Notes: generated from the letters alone by a model not told the origin. Shown: positions 31,063 to 43,430, numbered from the stretch's first letter. The stretch: 64,000 nt of DNA from an uncultured Gammaproteobacteria bacterium (GCA_964599565.1 CAZRFE010000003.1:10379-74378); one strand, 5' to 3'. Program-made: numbers and translations.

Positions 31063-32256
31063 TCAGGCTTGCTTGCGGCTTCCCGCTGCGCGTTCTTCCA
31101 ATATAGCCACTGCCGGCAGTTTCTTCCCTTCCAGGAACTCGAGGAATGCGCCGCCACCGGTGGAAATGTACGAAATGCGTTCCGCGACACCGTACTTGTC
31201 GACGGCGGCAAGCGTATCGCCGCCGCCTGCAATCGAAAACGCCGGTGAATCCGCGATCGCCTGCGCGAGCGCCTTCGTGCCTTCGCCGAACTGGTCGAAC
31301 TCGAAAACGCCTACGGGTCCGTTCCAGACAATGGTACCCGCGTTGCGCAGATACTTCGCGAACGTTTCCGCGGTATCCGGGCCGATGTCCAGCACCATTT
31401 CGTCATCGCCAACCTGGTTCACCGGTTTCACGTCCGCTTCCGCCTGCGCAGAAAATTCCGTCGCGACCACCACGTCGCTCGGCACCGGGATGTCGGCGCC
31501 GCGCGATTTCGCGGCGTCGGTGAGACGGCGCGCTTCGGCAACCAGGTCCGGCTCGTGCAGCGACCTGCCGACGCCATGACCCGCGGCGGCGATGAACGTA
31601 TTGGCAATGCCGCCACCGACGATCAGCTGATCGACGACCTGCGACAGCGACTCCAGCACCATCAGCTTCGTCGACACCTTGCTGCCGCCGACGATCGCGA
31701 TCAGCGGACGCGCCGGGTTCTCCAGCGCGCGCCCAAGCGCATCCAGTTCACCGGCGAGCAGCGGACCTGCACATGCAACGGGTGCGTACTTCGCGACACC
31801 GTGCGTCGATGCCTGCGCGCGGTGCGCGGTGCCGAAGGCGTCCATCACGTAGACATCGCACAGCGCCGCCATCCTGCGCGACAACGTCTCGTCGTTCTTC
31901 TTCTCGCCCTTGTTGAAACGGACGTTCTCGCACAGCACGATCTCGCCATCGGCAAGTTCGATACCATCGAGCCAGTTCTTCTCGAGACGCACCTTCACGC
32001 CCAGCAGTTCGGTAAGACGGTCCGCGACCGGCGCAAGCGAAAACTCCTCGTCGTACGCGCCCTCTTCCGGGCGGCCGAGATGCGACATCAGCATGACCTT
32101 CGCGCCCTTGTCCATCGCATGCCGGATCGTCGGCAGCGACGCACGAATGCGGACGTCCGAGGTGACCTTGCCGTCGGCGATCGGTACGTTGAGGTCTTCG
32201 CGAACCAGCACCCGCTTTCCGGCGAGATCAAGGTCCGTCATCTTGATGATGTTCAT
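31063..32256 (-). CDS. pgk: Phosphoglycerate kinase
   Basis: [27 protein letters not shown] motifs; 397 aa. Confidence 0.95.
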   Translation of the reverse strand: MNIIKMTDLDLAGKRVLVREDLNVPIADGKVTSDVRIRASLPTIRHAMDKGAKVMLMSHLGRPEEGAYDEEFSLAPVADRLTELLGVKVRLEKNWLDGIELADGEIVLCENVRFNKGEKKNDETLSRRMAALCDVYVMDAFGTAHRAQASTHGVAKYAPVACAGPLLAGELDALGRALENPARPLIAIVGGSKVSTKLMVLESLSQVVDQLIVGGGIANTFIAAAGHGVGRSLHEPDLVAEARRLTDAAKSRGADIPVPSDVVVATEFSAQAEADVKPVNQVGDDEMVLDIGPDTAETFAKYLRNAGTIVWNGPVGVFEFDQFGEGTKALAQAIADSPAFSIAGGGDTLAAVDKYGVAERISYISTGGGAFLEFLEGKKLPAVAILEERAAGSRKQA

Positions 32257-32335
32257 GCGCTTGTTCCGTTTTCTTGAGAAGACGAATCCGCAGGGAAGCG
32301 GATCCGGAAAGGCTCACGCGGTATCAGGCGAAACC

Positions 32336-32363
32336 GCGGGAGCGTCCGGATGAACGCTCCCGC
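32336..32363 (-). terminator. Intercistronic hairpin after gap (attenuator/terminator candidate)
   Basis: Perfect 10-bp stem GCGGGAGCGT-ccggatga-ACGCTCCCGC, 9 nt after the gap stop; only a weak U-tract. Confidence 0.35.
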
Positions 32364-32371
32364 ATGTTGCG

Positions 32372-33382
32372 TCACTTTGCGTTATGCAGGGCGATCGTCG
32401 TATCCAGCATCCGGTTCGAGAAGCCCCACTCGTTGTCGTACCACGAGTAGACCTTCACGAGACGGCCGATCACCTTCGTCAGCGTTGCATCGACGGTGCT
32501 CGACGCAGGATTGTGATTGTAGTCCACCGACACGAGCGGTTCCTCGTTGTAGGCGAGAATGCCCTTGAGCGAACCTTCCGACGCCTGCTTCAGCACGCGA
32601 TTCACGTCCGCGGCGTCCGTATCGCGCTTCGCGACAAACGTCAGGTCAACGAGCGAAACGTTGATCGTCGGCACGCGGATCGAGTAACCGTCGAGCTTGC
32701 CGTTGAGTTCCGGCATCACGAGACCGACGGCCTTGGCTGCGCCGGTGGTCGTCGGAATCATCGACTGCGTGGCCGAACGCGCGCGGCGCAGATCCTTGTG
32801 ATAGACATCCGTCAGGACCTGGTCGTTGGTGTAGGCGTGGATCGTCGTCATCTGCCCGTACTCGATGCCGATTTCCTCGTGCAGCGGCTTGACGAGCGGC
32901 GCAAGGCAGTTCGTGGTGCAGGATGCATTCGAGATGACGGTGTGCGATGCCTTCAGCGTCCCGTGGTTCACGCCGTAGACGATCGTCGCATCGACATCGC
33001 TGCCGCCCGGTGCGGAAATGATGACCTTCTTCGCGCCGCCCTTCAGGTGCGCGGATGCCTTTTCCTTGCTCGTGAAAAGACCGGTGCACTCGAGCACGAT
33101 ATCGACGCCGAGTTCGCCCCACGGCAGCTTCGACGGATCGCGCTCGGCCAGCACCCTGATCTTGTCGCCGTTGACGACCATGTATTCGCCTTCGACGCTC
33201 ACCTCGCCCGGGAAGCGGCCGTGCGCGGTGTCGAAGCGCGTCAGGTGCGCGTTGGTGTTCGCATCGCCGAGATCGTTGATTGCAACGATCCGGATCTCCC
33301 CGGTGCGCTTCGATTCGTACAGCGCGCGCAGGATGTTGCGGCCGATGCGGCCATAACCGTTGATCGCTACCTTGATTGCCAT
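32372..33382 (-). CDS. gap: Glyceraldehyde-3-phosphate dehydrogenase
   Basis: [13 protein letters not shown] motif; catalytic [12 protein letters not shown]; 336 aa. Confidence 0.95.
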   Translation of the reverse strand: MAIKVAINGYGRIGRNILRALYESKRTGEIRIVAINDLGDANTNAHLTRFDTAHGRFPGEVSVEGEYMVVNGDKIRVLAERDPSKLPWGELGVDIVLECTGLFTSKEKASAHLKGGAKKVIISAPGGSDVDATIVYGVNHGTLKASHTVISNASCTTNCLAPLVKPLHEEIGIEYGQMTTIHAYTNDQVLTDVYHKDLRRARSATQSMIPTTTGAAKAVGLVMPELNGKLDGYSIRVPTINVSLVDLTFVAKRDTDAADVNRVLKQASEGSLKGILAYNEEPLVSVDYNHNPASSTVDATLTKVIGRLVKVYSWYDNEWGFSNRMLDTTIALHNAK

Positions 33383-33428
33383 TGCTGTCTCCCGTCCGTC
33401 GGTTCGCTCAAAAGATGATTTAAAGGAT

Positions 33429-35432
33429 TCACTTTGCCGCGATGCTGTCGCGTGCCTGCTTCACCACGTTGTCCACCGTGAAACCGAAATACTCGAATGC
33501 CTGCTTCGCGGGCGCCGATGCACCGAAGCTCGTCATGCATACGAAGCGGCCGCGCGGCCCGGCGTAGCGATACCAGGCATCCGGCACGCCCGCCTCGATC
33601 ACGACGCGCGCCGTGACATTCGATGGCAGCACGCGCTCGATGTATGCGGCATCCTGCGCCTCGAACACGTTCGTGTTCGGCATCGACACCACGCGCGCCT
33701 TCGTGCCGTCGGCGGCGAGCTTCTCCGCCGCCTGCATCGCAAGCTGAACTTCCGAACCCGTTGCGATGAGAATCACCTCGGGTTCGCCGTCGCAATCCTT
33801 CAGCACGTAGCCACCGCGCAGGATGTCGCGCAGCTGCGCACCGCTTCTTGCCTGGTGCGGCAGGTTCTGGCGCGTGAGCGCGAGCACGCTCGGACCGTCG
33901 CGGCGCTCGATGGCGTGCTGCCATGCCGCCGCGGTTTCCACGCCATCGCACGGACGCCACACGGACATGCCCGGGATCATACGCAGCGAAGCGATGTGTT
34001 CCACCGGCTGGTGCGTCGGGCCGTCCTCGCCAAGCCCGATGGAATCGTGCGTGAGCACGAAGATGCTGCCCTGCCTCATCAACGATGCCATGCGGATGGC
34101 GTTGCGCATGTAATCGGAGAACACCAGGAACGTGCCGCCGTAGGGAATGAAGCCGCCGTGCAGCGCGAGCCCGTTCATGATCGCGCCCATCGCGAACTCG
34201 CGCACCCCGTAAAACACGTAGTTCCCGGAAGCGTCTTCGCGTGTGACGGGCTTGCTGCCCTTGAAGAAGGTGTTGTTCGAGCCGGTGAGATCCGCCGAAC
34301 CGCCGACGAACTCCGGCAGCAGCGGACCGATGAAATCGAGCACGTTCTGCGAGGCCTTGCGCGTGGCAACCACGGCGGCGGCTTCGTTCGTCCGGCGCAG
34401 CAGTTCCTCGCACGTCGATGTCCATGCAGCGGGCAGCGCGCCCGATGTGCGGCGGTGAAACTCCGTGGCAAGCTCGGGGTGCGCTTCTTCATACGCTGCG
34501 AAGCGCACATCCCATTCGTCCTCGAGCTTCTGCCCCTTCTCGCGCGCGTCCCAGCCCGCGTAGATTTCCTCGGGCACGACAAAAGGTTCGTGCGGCCAGC
34601 CGATGTGCTCGCGCACCGCGGCGCATTCGTCCTCGCCGAGTGCGGCGCCATGCACGGCCTCGGTGCCGGCCTTGTTCGGCGAGCCGTAGCCAATGATGGT
34701 CTTGCAACAAATGAGCGACGGCTTGTCGGTGACCTTGCGTGCCTCGTCCAGCGCGCGCTTCACCGCTTCGGGATCATGACCGTCGACGTCGCGCACGACG
34801 TGCCAGCCATACGCCTCGAAACGCCTCGGCGTGTCGTCACGGAACCAGCCTTCGACTTCGCCGTCGATGGAAATGCCGTTGTCATCGTAGAAACCGATGA
34901 GCTTGCCAAGGCCGAGCACGCCGGCGAGCGAGCAGGCCTCATGCGAAATGCCTTCCATGAGGCAGCCGTCACCCATGAATACATAGGTGTGGTGATCGAC
35001 GATTTCATGACCGGGCCTGTTGAACTGCGCGGCGAGCATCTTCTCCGCGAGCGCCATGCCGACGGCGTTCGTGAGGCCCTGGCCGAGCGGACCGGTGGTG
35101 GTCTCGGCGCCCGGCGTGTCGCCGAGTTCCGGATGGCCCGGCGTTTTCGAGTGCAGTTGCCGGAACTTCTTCAGGTCGTCGATCGAAAGGTCGTAGCCGG
35201 TGAGGTGCAGCAACGCGTAAAGCAGCATCGAGCCGTGGCCGTTGGAGAGCACGAAGCGGTCGCGATCCGGCCAGTGCGGATTCGCGGGGTTGTGCTTGAG
35301 CGTTTCGTTCCAGAGAACCTCGGCGATGTCGGCCATGCCCATCGGGGCGCCGGGGTGGCCGGAATTCGCCTGTTGTACGGCGTCCATCGACAACGCACGA
35401 ATGGCGTTGGCAAGCTCGCGTCGAGAGGGCAT
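33429..35432 (-). CDS. tkt: Transketolase
   Basis: [21 protein letters not shown] and [16 protein letters not shown] motifs; 667 aa. Confidence 0.95.
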   Translation of the reverse strand: MPSRRELANAIRALSMDAVQQANSGHPGAPMGMADIAEVLWNETLKHNPANPHWPDRDRFVLSNGHGSMLLYALLHLTGYDLSIDDLKKFRQLHSKTPGHPELGDTPGAETTTGPLGQGLTNAVGMALAEKMLAAQFNRPGHEIVDHHTYVFMGDGCLMEGISHEACSLAGVLGLGKLIGFYDDNGISIDGEVEGWFRDDTPRRFEAYGWHVVRDVDGHDPEAVKRALDEARKVTDKPSLICCKTIIGYGSPNKAGTEAVHGAALGEDECAAVREHIGWPHEPFVVPEEIYAGWDAREKGQKLEDEWDVRFAAYEEAHPELATEFHRRTSGALPAAWTSTCEELLRRTNEAAAVVATRKASQNVLDFIGPLLPEFVGGSADLTGSNNTFFKGSKPVTREDASGNYVFYGVREFAMGAIMNGLALHGGFIPYGGTFLVFSDYMRNAIRMASLMRQGSIFVLTHDSIGLGEDGPTHQPVEHIASLRMIPGMSVWRPCDGVETAAAWQHAIERRDGPSVLALTRQNLPHQARSGAQLRDILRGGYVLKDCDGEPEVILIATGSEVQLAMQAAEKLAADGTKARVVSMPNTNVFEAQDAAYIERVLPSNVTARVVIEAGVPDAWYRYAGPRGRFVCMTSFGASAPAKQAFEYFGFTVDNVVKQARDSIAAK

Positions 35433-35652
35433 TGGTGCTCCCAGCTGGGTGATGACGCCGGATCAGGTGTTCCCCGACGTTCAAGAGGCGGCGCATTTTC
35501 GCTGATCCGCCCCGTCCGGGCAACCCCGTTGGCGCCGTGATGAAAGCGCACGTGCTTTTAAAACAAGGGCTTGCGCGATCATGCAGGCAGATCCGCACGA
35601 TCCGCGCCGACTCCTTTAAGATACGCCGCCACTTCCGCGCGACGGAGCCTCC

Positions 35653-36528
35653 ATGCGCAGCGAAAACCTCCACGGCATCGTACTGATGCTGCTCGCGATG
35701 GCCGTGCTGGCCGTGATGGACGCGACCATGAAAGAGCTCGCCGGACACTATCCGCCGCTTCAGGTCGCCACATTGCGCGGCCTGGTCTCATTGCCTTTCG
35801 TGATGGCGTGGATCGCCTGGCGCGAACGCAGTTTCGCAACGCTGATCCGCATCCGCTGGCGCTGGCATCTTCTGCGCGGCGTGCTCGGCGTACTGATGCT
35901 CACGAGCTTCATCTACGCGCTCGGAAAGATGCCGCTGTCCGAAACCTACGCGCTCTTCTTCATCGCACCGCTGCTGATCACCGCGCTGTCCGTACCGCTG
36001 CTGAAGGAAACGGTCGACTGGCAGCGCTGGACGGCGATCGCGATCGGTTTCGGCGGCGTGCTCGTCATCCTGCGCCCCGGCTTCAATGCCGTCGGCTGGA
36101 GCGCACTCGCCGCGCTCGTCGGCGCGACCTGCTACGCATTGAATGCAATCACCGTGCGCATACTCGGGCGCACCGATTCGACAGCCGCGATGACGTTCTG
36201 GTTTCTTGTCATGCTCATCATCGGCGCCGGTGCGCTTGCATTGCCGGACTGGCATCCGATGCAAGGCAGCGATGCGCCCTGGCTGCTTGCCATGGGCGTC
36301 ACGGGTGCGGCCGGCCAGGTATTCATCACGGAAGCGTTCCGCCGCGCGCCTGTGTCCGTGATCGCGCCGTTCGAGTATTCATCGCTGTTCTGGGGCGTGC
36401 TGCTGGATCTTGCGATCTTCGGCGCGCTGCCGGGCGTGATCGTGTTTGCAGGTGCAGCGATCATCGTCGGCAGCGGCCTTTATCTCATTCACCGCGAACG
36501 CAAACCGCCGCTGGTGACGCCGCCGTGA
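35653..36528 (+). CDS. EamA/DMT-family permease
   Basis: 291 aa, ~10 TM helices in two EamA-like halves; GGAG RBS. Confidence 0.78.
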   Translation: MRSENLHGIVLMLLAMAVLAVMDATMKELAGHYPPLQVATLRGLVSLPFVMAWIAWRERSFATLIRIRWRWHLLRGVLGVLMLTSFIYALGKMPLSETYALFFIAPLLITALSVPLLKETVDWQRWTAIAIGFGGVLVILRPGFNAVGWSALAALVGATCYALNAITVRILGRTDSTAAMTFWFLVMLIIGAGALALPDWHPMQGSDAPWLLAMGVTGAAGQVFITEAFRRAPVSVIAPFEYSSLFWGVLLDLAIFGALPGVIVFAGAAIIVGSGLYLIHRERKPPLVTPP

Positions 36529-36648
36529 CGATCAACGTTGGGCGCGTGCGAAAAGTCGAATCCCCCGGCCAACCCGGTTAAAATGCACGCCTTTCGGCTC
36601 CCGGGTGCGGGAGTCCATTTCTTGGGGCCACGTTCAGGAACCGGATCA

Positions 36649-37818
36649 ATGTCAAAGAATTACCTGTTCACGTCGGAGTCGGTATCGGAAGGTCATCCGG
36701 ACAAGATGGCGGACCAGATTTCCGATGCCGTGCTGGATGCGATCCTCGCGCAGGATTCAAACGCACGCGTCGCGTGCGAAACGCTGGTGAAGACCGGCAT
36801 GGCGATTGTCGCGGGCGAGATCACGACGAAGGCGTGGGTGGACCTCGAGGAACTCGTGCGCGGCGTGATCCGCGACATCGGCTACACCTCGGAGATGGGT
36901 TTCGACTGGGAAACCTGCGCGGTGCTGAACGCGATCGGCAAGCAGTCGCCGGACATCGCAATGGGCGTCGACCGCGGCAACCCGGAAGAACAGGGCGCGG
37001 GCGACCAGGGCCTCATGTTCGGTTACGCATCGAATGAAACCGACGTGCTCATGCCGGCGCCGATCACCTACGCGCACCGCCTCGTGAAGCAGCAGAGCGA
37101 AGTCCGCAAGGCAGGCACGTTGAAGTGGCTGCGCCCCGATGCGAAATCGCAGGTGACGTTCCGCTACGTCGACGGCAAGGCCGCGGCCGTGGATGCCGTC
37201 GTGCTCTCCACGCAGCATTCGCCGGACGTCGATCAGAAGACGCTCGCGGATGCCGTGATGGAGGAAATCATCAAGCCCGTGATTCCGTCCGACTGGCTCT
37301 CGAAAGACACGAAGTATTTCATCAACCCGACGGGCAAGTTCGTCATCGGCGGTCCGGTCGGCGATGCCGGCCTCACCGGCCGCAAGATCATCGTCGACAC
37401 CTACGGCGGTATGGCGCGCCACGGCGGCGGTGCATTCTCCGGCAAGGATCCCTCGAAGGTCGACCGTTCCGCCGCGTACGCCTGCCGTTACGTGGCGAAG
37501 AACATCGTCGCCGCCGGTCTTGCCGAGAAGTGCGAAATCCAGGTGTCGTACGCCATCGGCGTTGCGGAACCGACGTCCATTTCCGTCGAGACCTTCGGCA
37601 CCGGGCGCATTCCGAACGAAGAGCTCGAGCGGCTGGTGCGCACGCACTTCGACCTGCGCCCCTACGGCATTCTCAAGATGCTCGATCTCGTGCGTCCGAT
37701 CTACCGCACCACGGCAAGCTATGGTCACTTCGGCCGCGAAGAGGCGGAAATCACCTGGGAGAAGACGGACAAGGCCGCCGAGCTTCGCGATGCGGCGGGA
37801 CTGAAAGCCGCAAGCTGA
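36649..37818 (+). CDS. metK: S-adenosylmethionine synthetase
   Basis: [47 protein letters not shown] motifs; ATG 36649. Confidence 0.95.
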   Translation: MSKNYLFTSESVSEGHPDKMADQISDAVLDAILAQDSNARVACETLVKTGMAIVAGEITTKAWVDLEELVRGVIRDIGYTSEMGFDWETCAVLNAIGKQSPDIAMGVDRGNPEEQGAGDQGLMFGYASNETDVLMPAPITYAHRLVKQQSEVRKAGTLKWLRPDAKSQVTFRYVDGKAAAVDAVVLSTQHSPDVDQKTLADAVMEEIIKPVIPSDWLSKDTKYFINPTGKFVIGGPVGDAGLTGRKIIVDTYGGMARHGGGAFSGKDPSKVDRSAAYACRYVAKNIVAAGLAEKCEIQVSYAIGVAEPTSISVETFGTGRIPNEELERLVRTHFDLRPYGILKMLDLVRPIYRTTASYGHFGREEAEITWEKTDKAAELRDAAGLKAAS

Positions 37819-37830
37819 ACTGCTTTGACC

Positions 37831-37862
37831 GGCGCGCCGTGAAGACGGCGCGCCCTTTCTTT
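37831..37862 (+). terminator. Rho-independent terminator after metK
   Basis: GGCGCGCCGT-gaag-ACGGCGCGCC followed by CTTTCTTT. Confidence 0.6.
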
Positions 37863-37932
37863 CGAGGAGCGTTGCGACGGTCGCACAGATCGCCAGGCTC
37901 GAAAGAATGACCTTCATGCAACCGCGCTCGTT
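37863..37932 (+). ncRNA. Candidate SAH (S-adenosylhomocysteine) riboswitch
   Basis: CGAGGAGCGTTGCGACGGTCGCACAGATCGCCAGGCTCGAAAGAATGACCTTCATGCAACCGCGCTCG contains the GAGGAGCG..UGCGAC..GCCAGGCUCG..AAC.GCGCUC blocks I recall from the SAH element. Sits directly upstream of the ahcY RBS. Not verified by a covariance model. Confidence 0.6.
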
Positions 37933-37952
37933 CAAAGTTGGAGCAATCAATA

Positions 37953-39371
<1,419 letters not shown>

Positions 39372-39388
39372 TGCCGGTCCTTGAACAA

Positions 39389-39418
39389 GAAGGCGCCTTC
39401 GGGCGCCTTTTCTTTTTG
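39389..39418 (+). terminator. Rho-independent terminator after ahcY
   Basis: AAGGCGCC-ttcg-GGCGCCTT followed by TTCTTTTT. Confidence 0.7.
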
Positions 39419-39442
39419 CCGCGGTGAACGCATCATCGCCGC

Positions 39443-40027
39443 ATGCTCGAAGGCATTCTCGTCTTTCTTTTACTTGCCACCGCGGCTGTCGCCGGCGAAG
39501 TCCTTCTCGTTGATCGCCTGCGCGAGGATTCGCGCGCGAGCGACTGGCTTGCGGATCACGTCTACCTGCCGGCGCTGCGCATGCCTGCGCTCATCGGTTT
39601 CGTGCTCGGCGCCTATCCCGCGCTGTACGGGCTGGAAACCGGGCCGCCGCTCGCGACGCTGCTTGATTTCGACTGGTTCGGTCGCGCGCTGAACATTCTT
39701 TTCATCCTGCCGCTGCTGTTCTCGCTGCTGCCGGTTGCCGGGCGCATCTGCGCGCTGGTGCTTCCCGTGCAGGGAATGGCACTGACGGCGCTCCTGTTCA
39801 CGCCGCTGGCAGCGGCGCTGGCCGCGGAATCGCCGTCGTACTGGCCCGATTCGCACACCTGGCTCGCACTCGCCGCGTTCGGCGTCGGCGGTCACCTGCT
39901 CGGCACGTGGCTCACCGAGCGCCTTCCGCGCCGGACGCTTGCCATCCCGGTGTATGACGCCGTCATCCTGCTCTGCCAGGCGCCCGCGATCGTCGCATAC
40001 GGGCGGGCGCTGGGAAGGACGTTGTAG
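39443..40027 (+). CDS. Hypothetical polytopic membrane protein
   Basis: 194-aa ORF with ~6 hydrophobic helices; no motif recognised. Co-oriented with the following small protein and TonB-dependent receptor. Confidence 0.5.
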   Translation: MLEGILVFLLLATAAVAGEVLLVDRLREDSRASDWLADHVYLPALRMPALIGFVLGAYPALYGLETGPPLATLLDFDWFGRALNILFILPLLFSLLPVAGRICALVLPVQGMALTALLFTPLAAALAAESPSYWPDSHTWLALAAFGVGGHLLGTWLTERLPRRTLAIPVYDAVILLCQAPAIVAYGRALGRTL

Positions 40028-40069
40028 AATCGCGGGAACTTGCGTGCATTCCACCGCTCAAAGCCAGCA

Positions 40070-40360
40070 ATGAACATCTCCCGGCCAGCCACACAGAAAC
40101 GCTTTGCATTGCTGTTCGCGGTGCTGCTGCTGCTGTGCAACGCCCTGATTACCGCGCACGCCTTCGGCGATGTCGAGCACGCCGTCAAGGACGGCTGCCA
40201 GATCTGCCACCAGTTCGAGCGTCATGCGGTACCGCCTGTCGATGACGCCACGCCGCGCATCAGGACGCGGCGCCACGTTCTGCATGACACCGCTTTCCTT
40301 GCCTGCCATCCGGCCAGCGTCCCCGCCGGCTTCCAGCCCCGCGCCCCGCCTTTCGCCTGA
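40070..40360 (+). CDS. Small exported Cys/His protein (DUF2946-like, tentative)
   Basis: 96 aa from ATG 40070: signal/TM segment FALLFAVLLLLCNALITAHA followed by HAVKDGCQICHQFERH. Proteins of this type commonly precede metal-type TonB receptors. Family assignment is from memory only. Confidence 0.4.
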   Translation: MNISRPATQKRFALLFAVLLLLCNALITAHAFGDVEHAVKDGCQICHQFERHAVPPVDDATPRIRTRRHVLHDTAFLACHPASVPAGFQPRAPPFA

Positions 40361-40426
40361 GTTTCAACACAGGTTCCGTCATCGCGCTGCGGTGACACCG
40401 TTGATTCAGACGACAAGGACAGGCCC

Positions 40427-42682
40427 ATGTTCCGTGCTGGAATTCGATTCATTGCATTTGCCGTTTTCACACCACTTGCCGCAACGACAGCCGCCGGCGA
40501 AATCGAAGGACGCGTGATCGCGGCCGGCGGACTGCCGCAGCCCGGCGCGACGGTCACACTCATGGACACCGGTCGCACAACGACGAGCGATGCGCGCGGC
40601 CATTTCCATTTCGACGAGGTGCCGTCGGGCGAATACACGCTTGAAGTCGCAACCGATATGGAAACCGACACGCAGCCCGTGACGCTCGGCGTGGATGACA
40701 TCGTCACCGTGAGCTTCGTGATGGCGACACAGCTCGATGCGATTGAAGTGTCCGCGAGCGCGTTCGGCCGCTCTGCGCTCGAACTCGCGCAGCCCGTCGA
40801 CATCATCAGCGGGCAGAAACTCGATCTCCTCTCGCAGGCATCGATCGGCGAAACGCTCGCCTCGCAGCTTGGCGTCACATCGACATACTTCGGACCGGCG
40901 TCGGGACGCCCGGTGATTCGCGGGCTCACCGGCAATCGCGTGCGCGTCCAGCAGGACGGTATCGGCGCGATGGACGTCTCCGCGCTGAGTCCCGATCACG
41001 CGGTCGCCATCGAACCGCTGCTCATCGACAGTGTCGAGATCGTGAAAGGTCCGGCAACACTCCTGTATGGCAACGGCGCATTCGGCGGCGTCATCAACAT
41101 GACGGACAGCCGCATTCCCGCCGAATCGCCGTTCACGCCGTTCTCCGGCGCCGTCGAGACGCGCGGCGATACCGCCGCGAACGAACGCAGTCTTGTTGCG
41201 CGTTTCGACGGCGGCAGCGAACGGTTCGCGTGGCATGCGGATGCGTTCAGTCGCGACACGGATGAAGTGGAGATTCCGGGCATTGCGGAAAGCGAGACCC
41301 TGCATGACGCCGAAGGCCATGAAGAAGAAGATGAAACGGAACACGCGGGCGTGCTTGAGAACAGCGACGTCGAGACGCGCGGCGGCGCGCTCGGCGGTTC
41401 GTGGTTCGGTGACGATGCGTTCTTCGGTCTCTCGGTGAGCAGCTATGACTCGAACTACGGCGTACCGGGTCACGCGCACGCGCACGAAGAAGAACCGGCC
41501 GAACATGAACACGAGGAAGGCGTGCGCATCGACCTCGAGCAGCTTCGCTACGACCTCAAGGGCCGCGTCGACAATCCGTTCGCCGGCATTGAAAGCCTGA
41601 AGTTCCGCGCCGGACACAACGACTACGAGCACCGCGAGATCGAGGATGGCGCGGTTGCAACGACATTCACCAACGACGAACTCGATGCACGCGTCGAGAT
41701 GGTGCACGTGCCGGTCGGCGGATGGCGCGGCGCATTCGGCATCCAGCTGCGCGATCGCGATTTCGCCGCGGTCGGCGATGAGGCCTACGTTCCGCCGACG
41801 GCATCGCGCGCGCTCGGCGTCTTCCTCGTCGAGGAACGCGAGTTCGACGCGTGGCGCGTGGAAGTCGGCGGGCGCTTCGAGACGCAGGACCAGGACGCCG
41901 AGGCGCGCGCCAGCCAGTCGGACAATGCATTCAGCACCTCGGCCGGCCTCGTGCGGCAACTGGGTGAAGCCCAGTCGCTCGGGCTCAACGTCACGCGCGC
42001 ACAGCGCATGCCGGACATCGAGGAGCGCTACTCGGAAGGCCCGCATCTCGCCACGCTGCAATACGAGATCGGCAACCCCGCACTCGATACGGAAACCGCG
42101 AACAACATCGATCTCACCTGGCGCAAGGCGGGCGCGGGCATGCGCTGGACGCTGAATCTTTTCTACAACCGCGTGAACGATTTCATCTATCTCGACAACA
42201 CGGGCATGGAGATCGATGCGCTGCCGGTTGCCGAATACCGCCAGGCAGACGCGGTGCTGAAAGGCTACGAGGCGGAAGTCGTCTTCCCGCTGCTCGCGGA
42301 GGAAGGCCGTTCGCTCGATCTTCGCGTGTTCAGCGACCAGACGCGCGGCACGCTTGTCGATGGCGGCAACCTGCCGCGAATTCCGCCGCGCCGCGTCGGC
42401 GCCGGCATCGATTACACGAGCACGCACTGGACCGCTGGCGTGGATGTCATCCGTTACGACAGCCAGGACGATGTGGCGGAACGCGAGCTGCCGACGGATG
42501 GCTACACCATGCTGGATGCAACCGTGAGCTACCGCATCTTCATGCACCACGCCGACTGGAACATCTTCCTGCGCGCATCCAATCTCCTCGACGAGGAAGC
42601 GCGCCGGCATACCTCGTTCCTGAAGGACATCGCACCGCTGCCGGGACGCAATTTCACGGTGGGCGTGAGAGCGGGGTTCTGA
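40427..42682 (+). CDS. TonB-dependent outer-membrane receptor with His/Glu-rich loops (metal, Zn/Cu-type candidate)
   Basis: Signal peptide, carboxypeptidase-regulatory-like N-domain (GRVIAAGG..GATVTL...TSDARGHFHFDEVPSGEYTLEV), plug, and a barrel ending ...TVGVRAGF. Loops HDAEGHEEEDETEH and GHAHAHEEEPAEHEHEEG. Confidence 0.88.
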   Translation: MFRAGIRFIAFAVFTPLAATTAAGEIEGRVIAAGGLPQPGATVTLMDTGRTTTSDARGHFHFDEVPSGEYTLEVATDMETDTQPVTLGVDDIVTVSFVMATQLDAIEVSASAFGRSALELAQPVDIISGQKLDLLSQASIGETLASQLGVTSTYFGPASGRPVIRGLTGNRVRVQQDGIGAMDVSALSPDHAVAIEPLLIDSVEIVKGPATLLYGNGAFGGVINMTDSRIPAESPFTPFSGAVETRGDTAANERSLVARFDGGSERFAWHADAFSRDTDEVEIPGIAESETLHDAEGHEEEDETEHAGVLENSDVETRGGALGGSWFGDDAFFGLSVSSYDSNYGVPGHAHAHEEEPAEHEHEEGVRIDLEQLRYDLKGRVDNPFAGIESLKFRAGHNDYEHREIEDGAVATTFTNDELDARVEMVHVPVGGWRGAFGIQLRDRDFAAVGDEAYVPPTASRALGVFLVEEREFDAWRVEVGGRFETQDQDAEARASQSDNAFSTSAGLVRQLGEAQSLGLNVTRAQRMPDIEERYSEGPHLATLQYEIGNPALDTETANNIDLTWRKAGAGMRWTLNLFYNRVNDFIYLDNTGMEIDALPVAEYRQADAVLKGYEAEVVFPLLAEEGRSLDLRVFSDQTRGTLVDGGNLPRIPPRRVGAGIDYTSTHWTAGVDVIRYDSQDDVAERELPTDGYTMLDATVSYRIFMHHADWNIFLRASNLLDEEARRHTSFLKDIAPLPGRNFTVGVRAGF

Positions 42683-42697
42683 GCCGCGCACAGTGAA

Positions 42698-42727
42698 GAA
42701 AAAAAGCCGGCCATGCCGGCTCTTTTT
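42698..42727. terminator. Bidirectional rho-independent terminator
   Basis: AAAAAAAGCCGGC-cat-GCCGGCTCTTTTT between the convergent receptor and methyltransferase genes. Confidence 0.65.
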
Positions 42728-42736
42728 AACGCACGA

Positions 42737-43399
42737 TCACCTCTTCCTTGCAAGCGTCAGGCCGTCGCCGATCGGAACAAGACTGATGTCAACGCGCGCG
42801 TCATCGCGCAGGCGAAGATTGAATGCGCGCAACGCTTCGGTGTCCGCATCCGTCTTCTGCGGATCCGCGACCGCGCCGCCCCACAGCGTGTTGTCCACGG
42901 CGATCAGCCCGCCGCGTCGAAGCAGGCGAAGGCACAGTTCGTAGTACTCGCCGTAGCCTTGCTTGTCCGCATCGATGAAGGCGAAATCGTATTGCTCCGC
43001 GCCGCCGTCATCCACGAGCGTGCGCAACGTGTCGGCGGCAGGCGCGATGCGCAGATCGATCATCCCGGCAACGCCGGCTTCCCGCCAGTAACGCTGCGCG
43101 ATCGATGTCCATTCCACGCTGACATCGCACGCAACCAGCCTGCCGTCCGGCGGCATTGCCTTCGCAACGCACAGCGCGCTGTAGCCGGTGAACGTGCCGA
43201 CCTCGATGCAGCGACGCGCATCAATGAGTCTTGCGAGCATCGCCATGAACTGTCCCTGCTCCGGCGCGATCTGCATGTTTGCCTGCGCCATCTTCCCGGT
43301 TTCCTCGCGCAGGCGCGCGAGCAGCGGATCGTCGCGCAGCGACACCTCCAGGAGATACCCGTATAATTCCGGCGTGAGATCGAGCGTCTTGCGTGACAT
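42737..43399 (-). CDS. Class I SAM-dependent O-methyltransferase (family 3, caffeoyl-CoA OMT-like)
   Basis: QGQFMAMLARLIDARRCIEVGTFTGYSAL (SAM motif I), FAFIDADKQGY; GGGAGAG RBS before ATG 43399. Confidence 0.8.
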   Translation of the reverse strand: MSRKTLDLTPELYGYLLEVSLRDDPLLARLREETGKMAQANMQIAPEQGQFMAMLARLIDARRCIEVGTFTGYSALCVAKAMPPDGRLVACDVSVEWTSIAQRYWREAGVAGMIDLRIAPAADTLRTLVDDGGAEQYDFAFIDADKQGYGEYYELCLRLLRRGGLIAVDNTLWGGAVADPQKTDADTEALRAFNLRLRDDARVDISLVPIGDGLTLARKR

Positions 43400-43430
43400 G
43401 AATCTCTCCCTTTGTTCGAGCGAGGCCAGC

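Noticed and set aside
33360-35540. 726-aa plus-strand ORF, one of many very long ORFs. Others: 274-1548, 1284-3149, 12727-14259, 29343-31106, 37947-39359, 40406-42691, 56947-59076, 60559-61740, 61893-63338, 17753-19465, 18787-20271, 7035-8387.
   Set aside because: Each lies exactly antisense to or out of frame with a gene that has unmistakable conserved motifs. Their products are Arg/Ala/Gly/His-rich low-complexity strings without motifs. Stop-codon-poor antisense frames are expected in high-GC DNA with GC3-biased codons.
40361-40426. Looked for Zur/Fur boxes upstream of the His-rich TonB receptor; also checked 39419-39442 and 40028-40069.
   Set aside because: No AT-rich palindromic 17-19-mer resembling Fur or Zur consensus is visible. 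Left as an open question rather than a feature.
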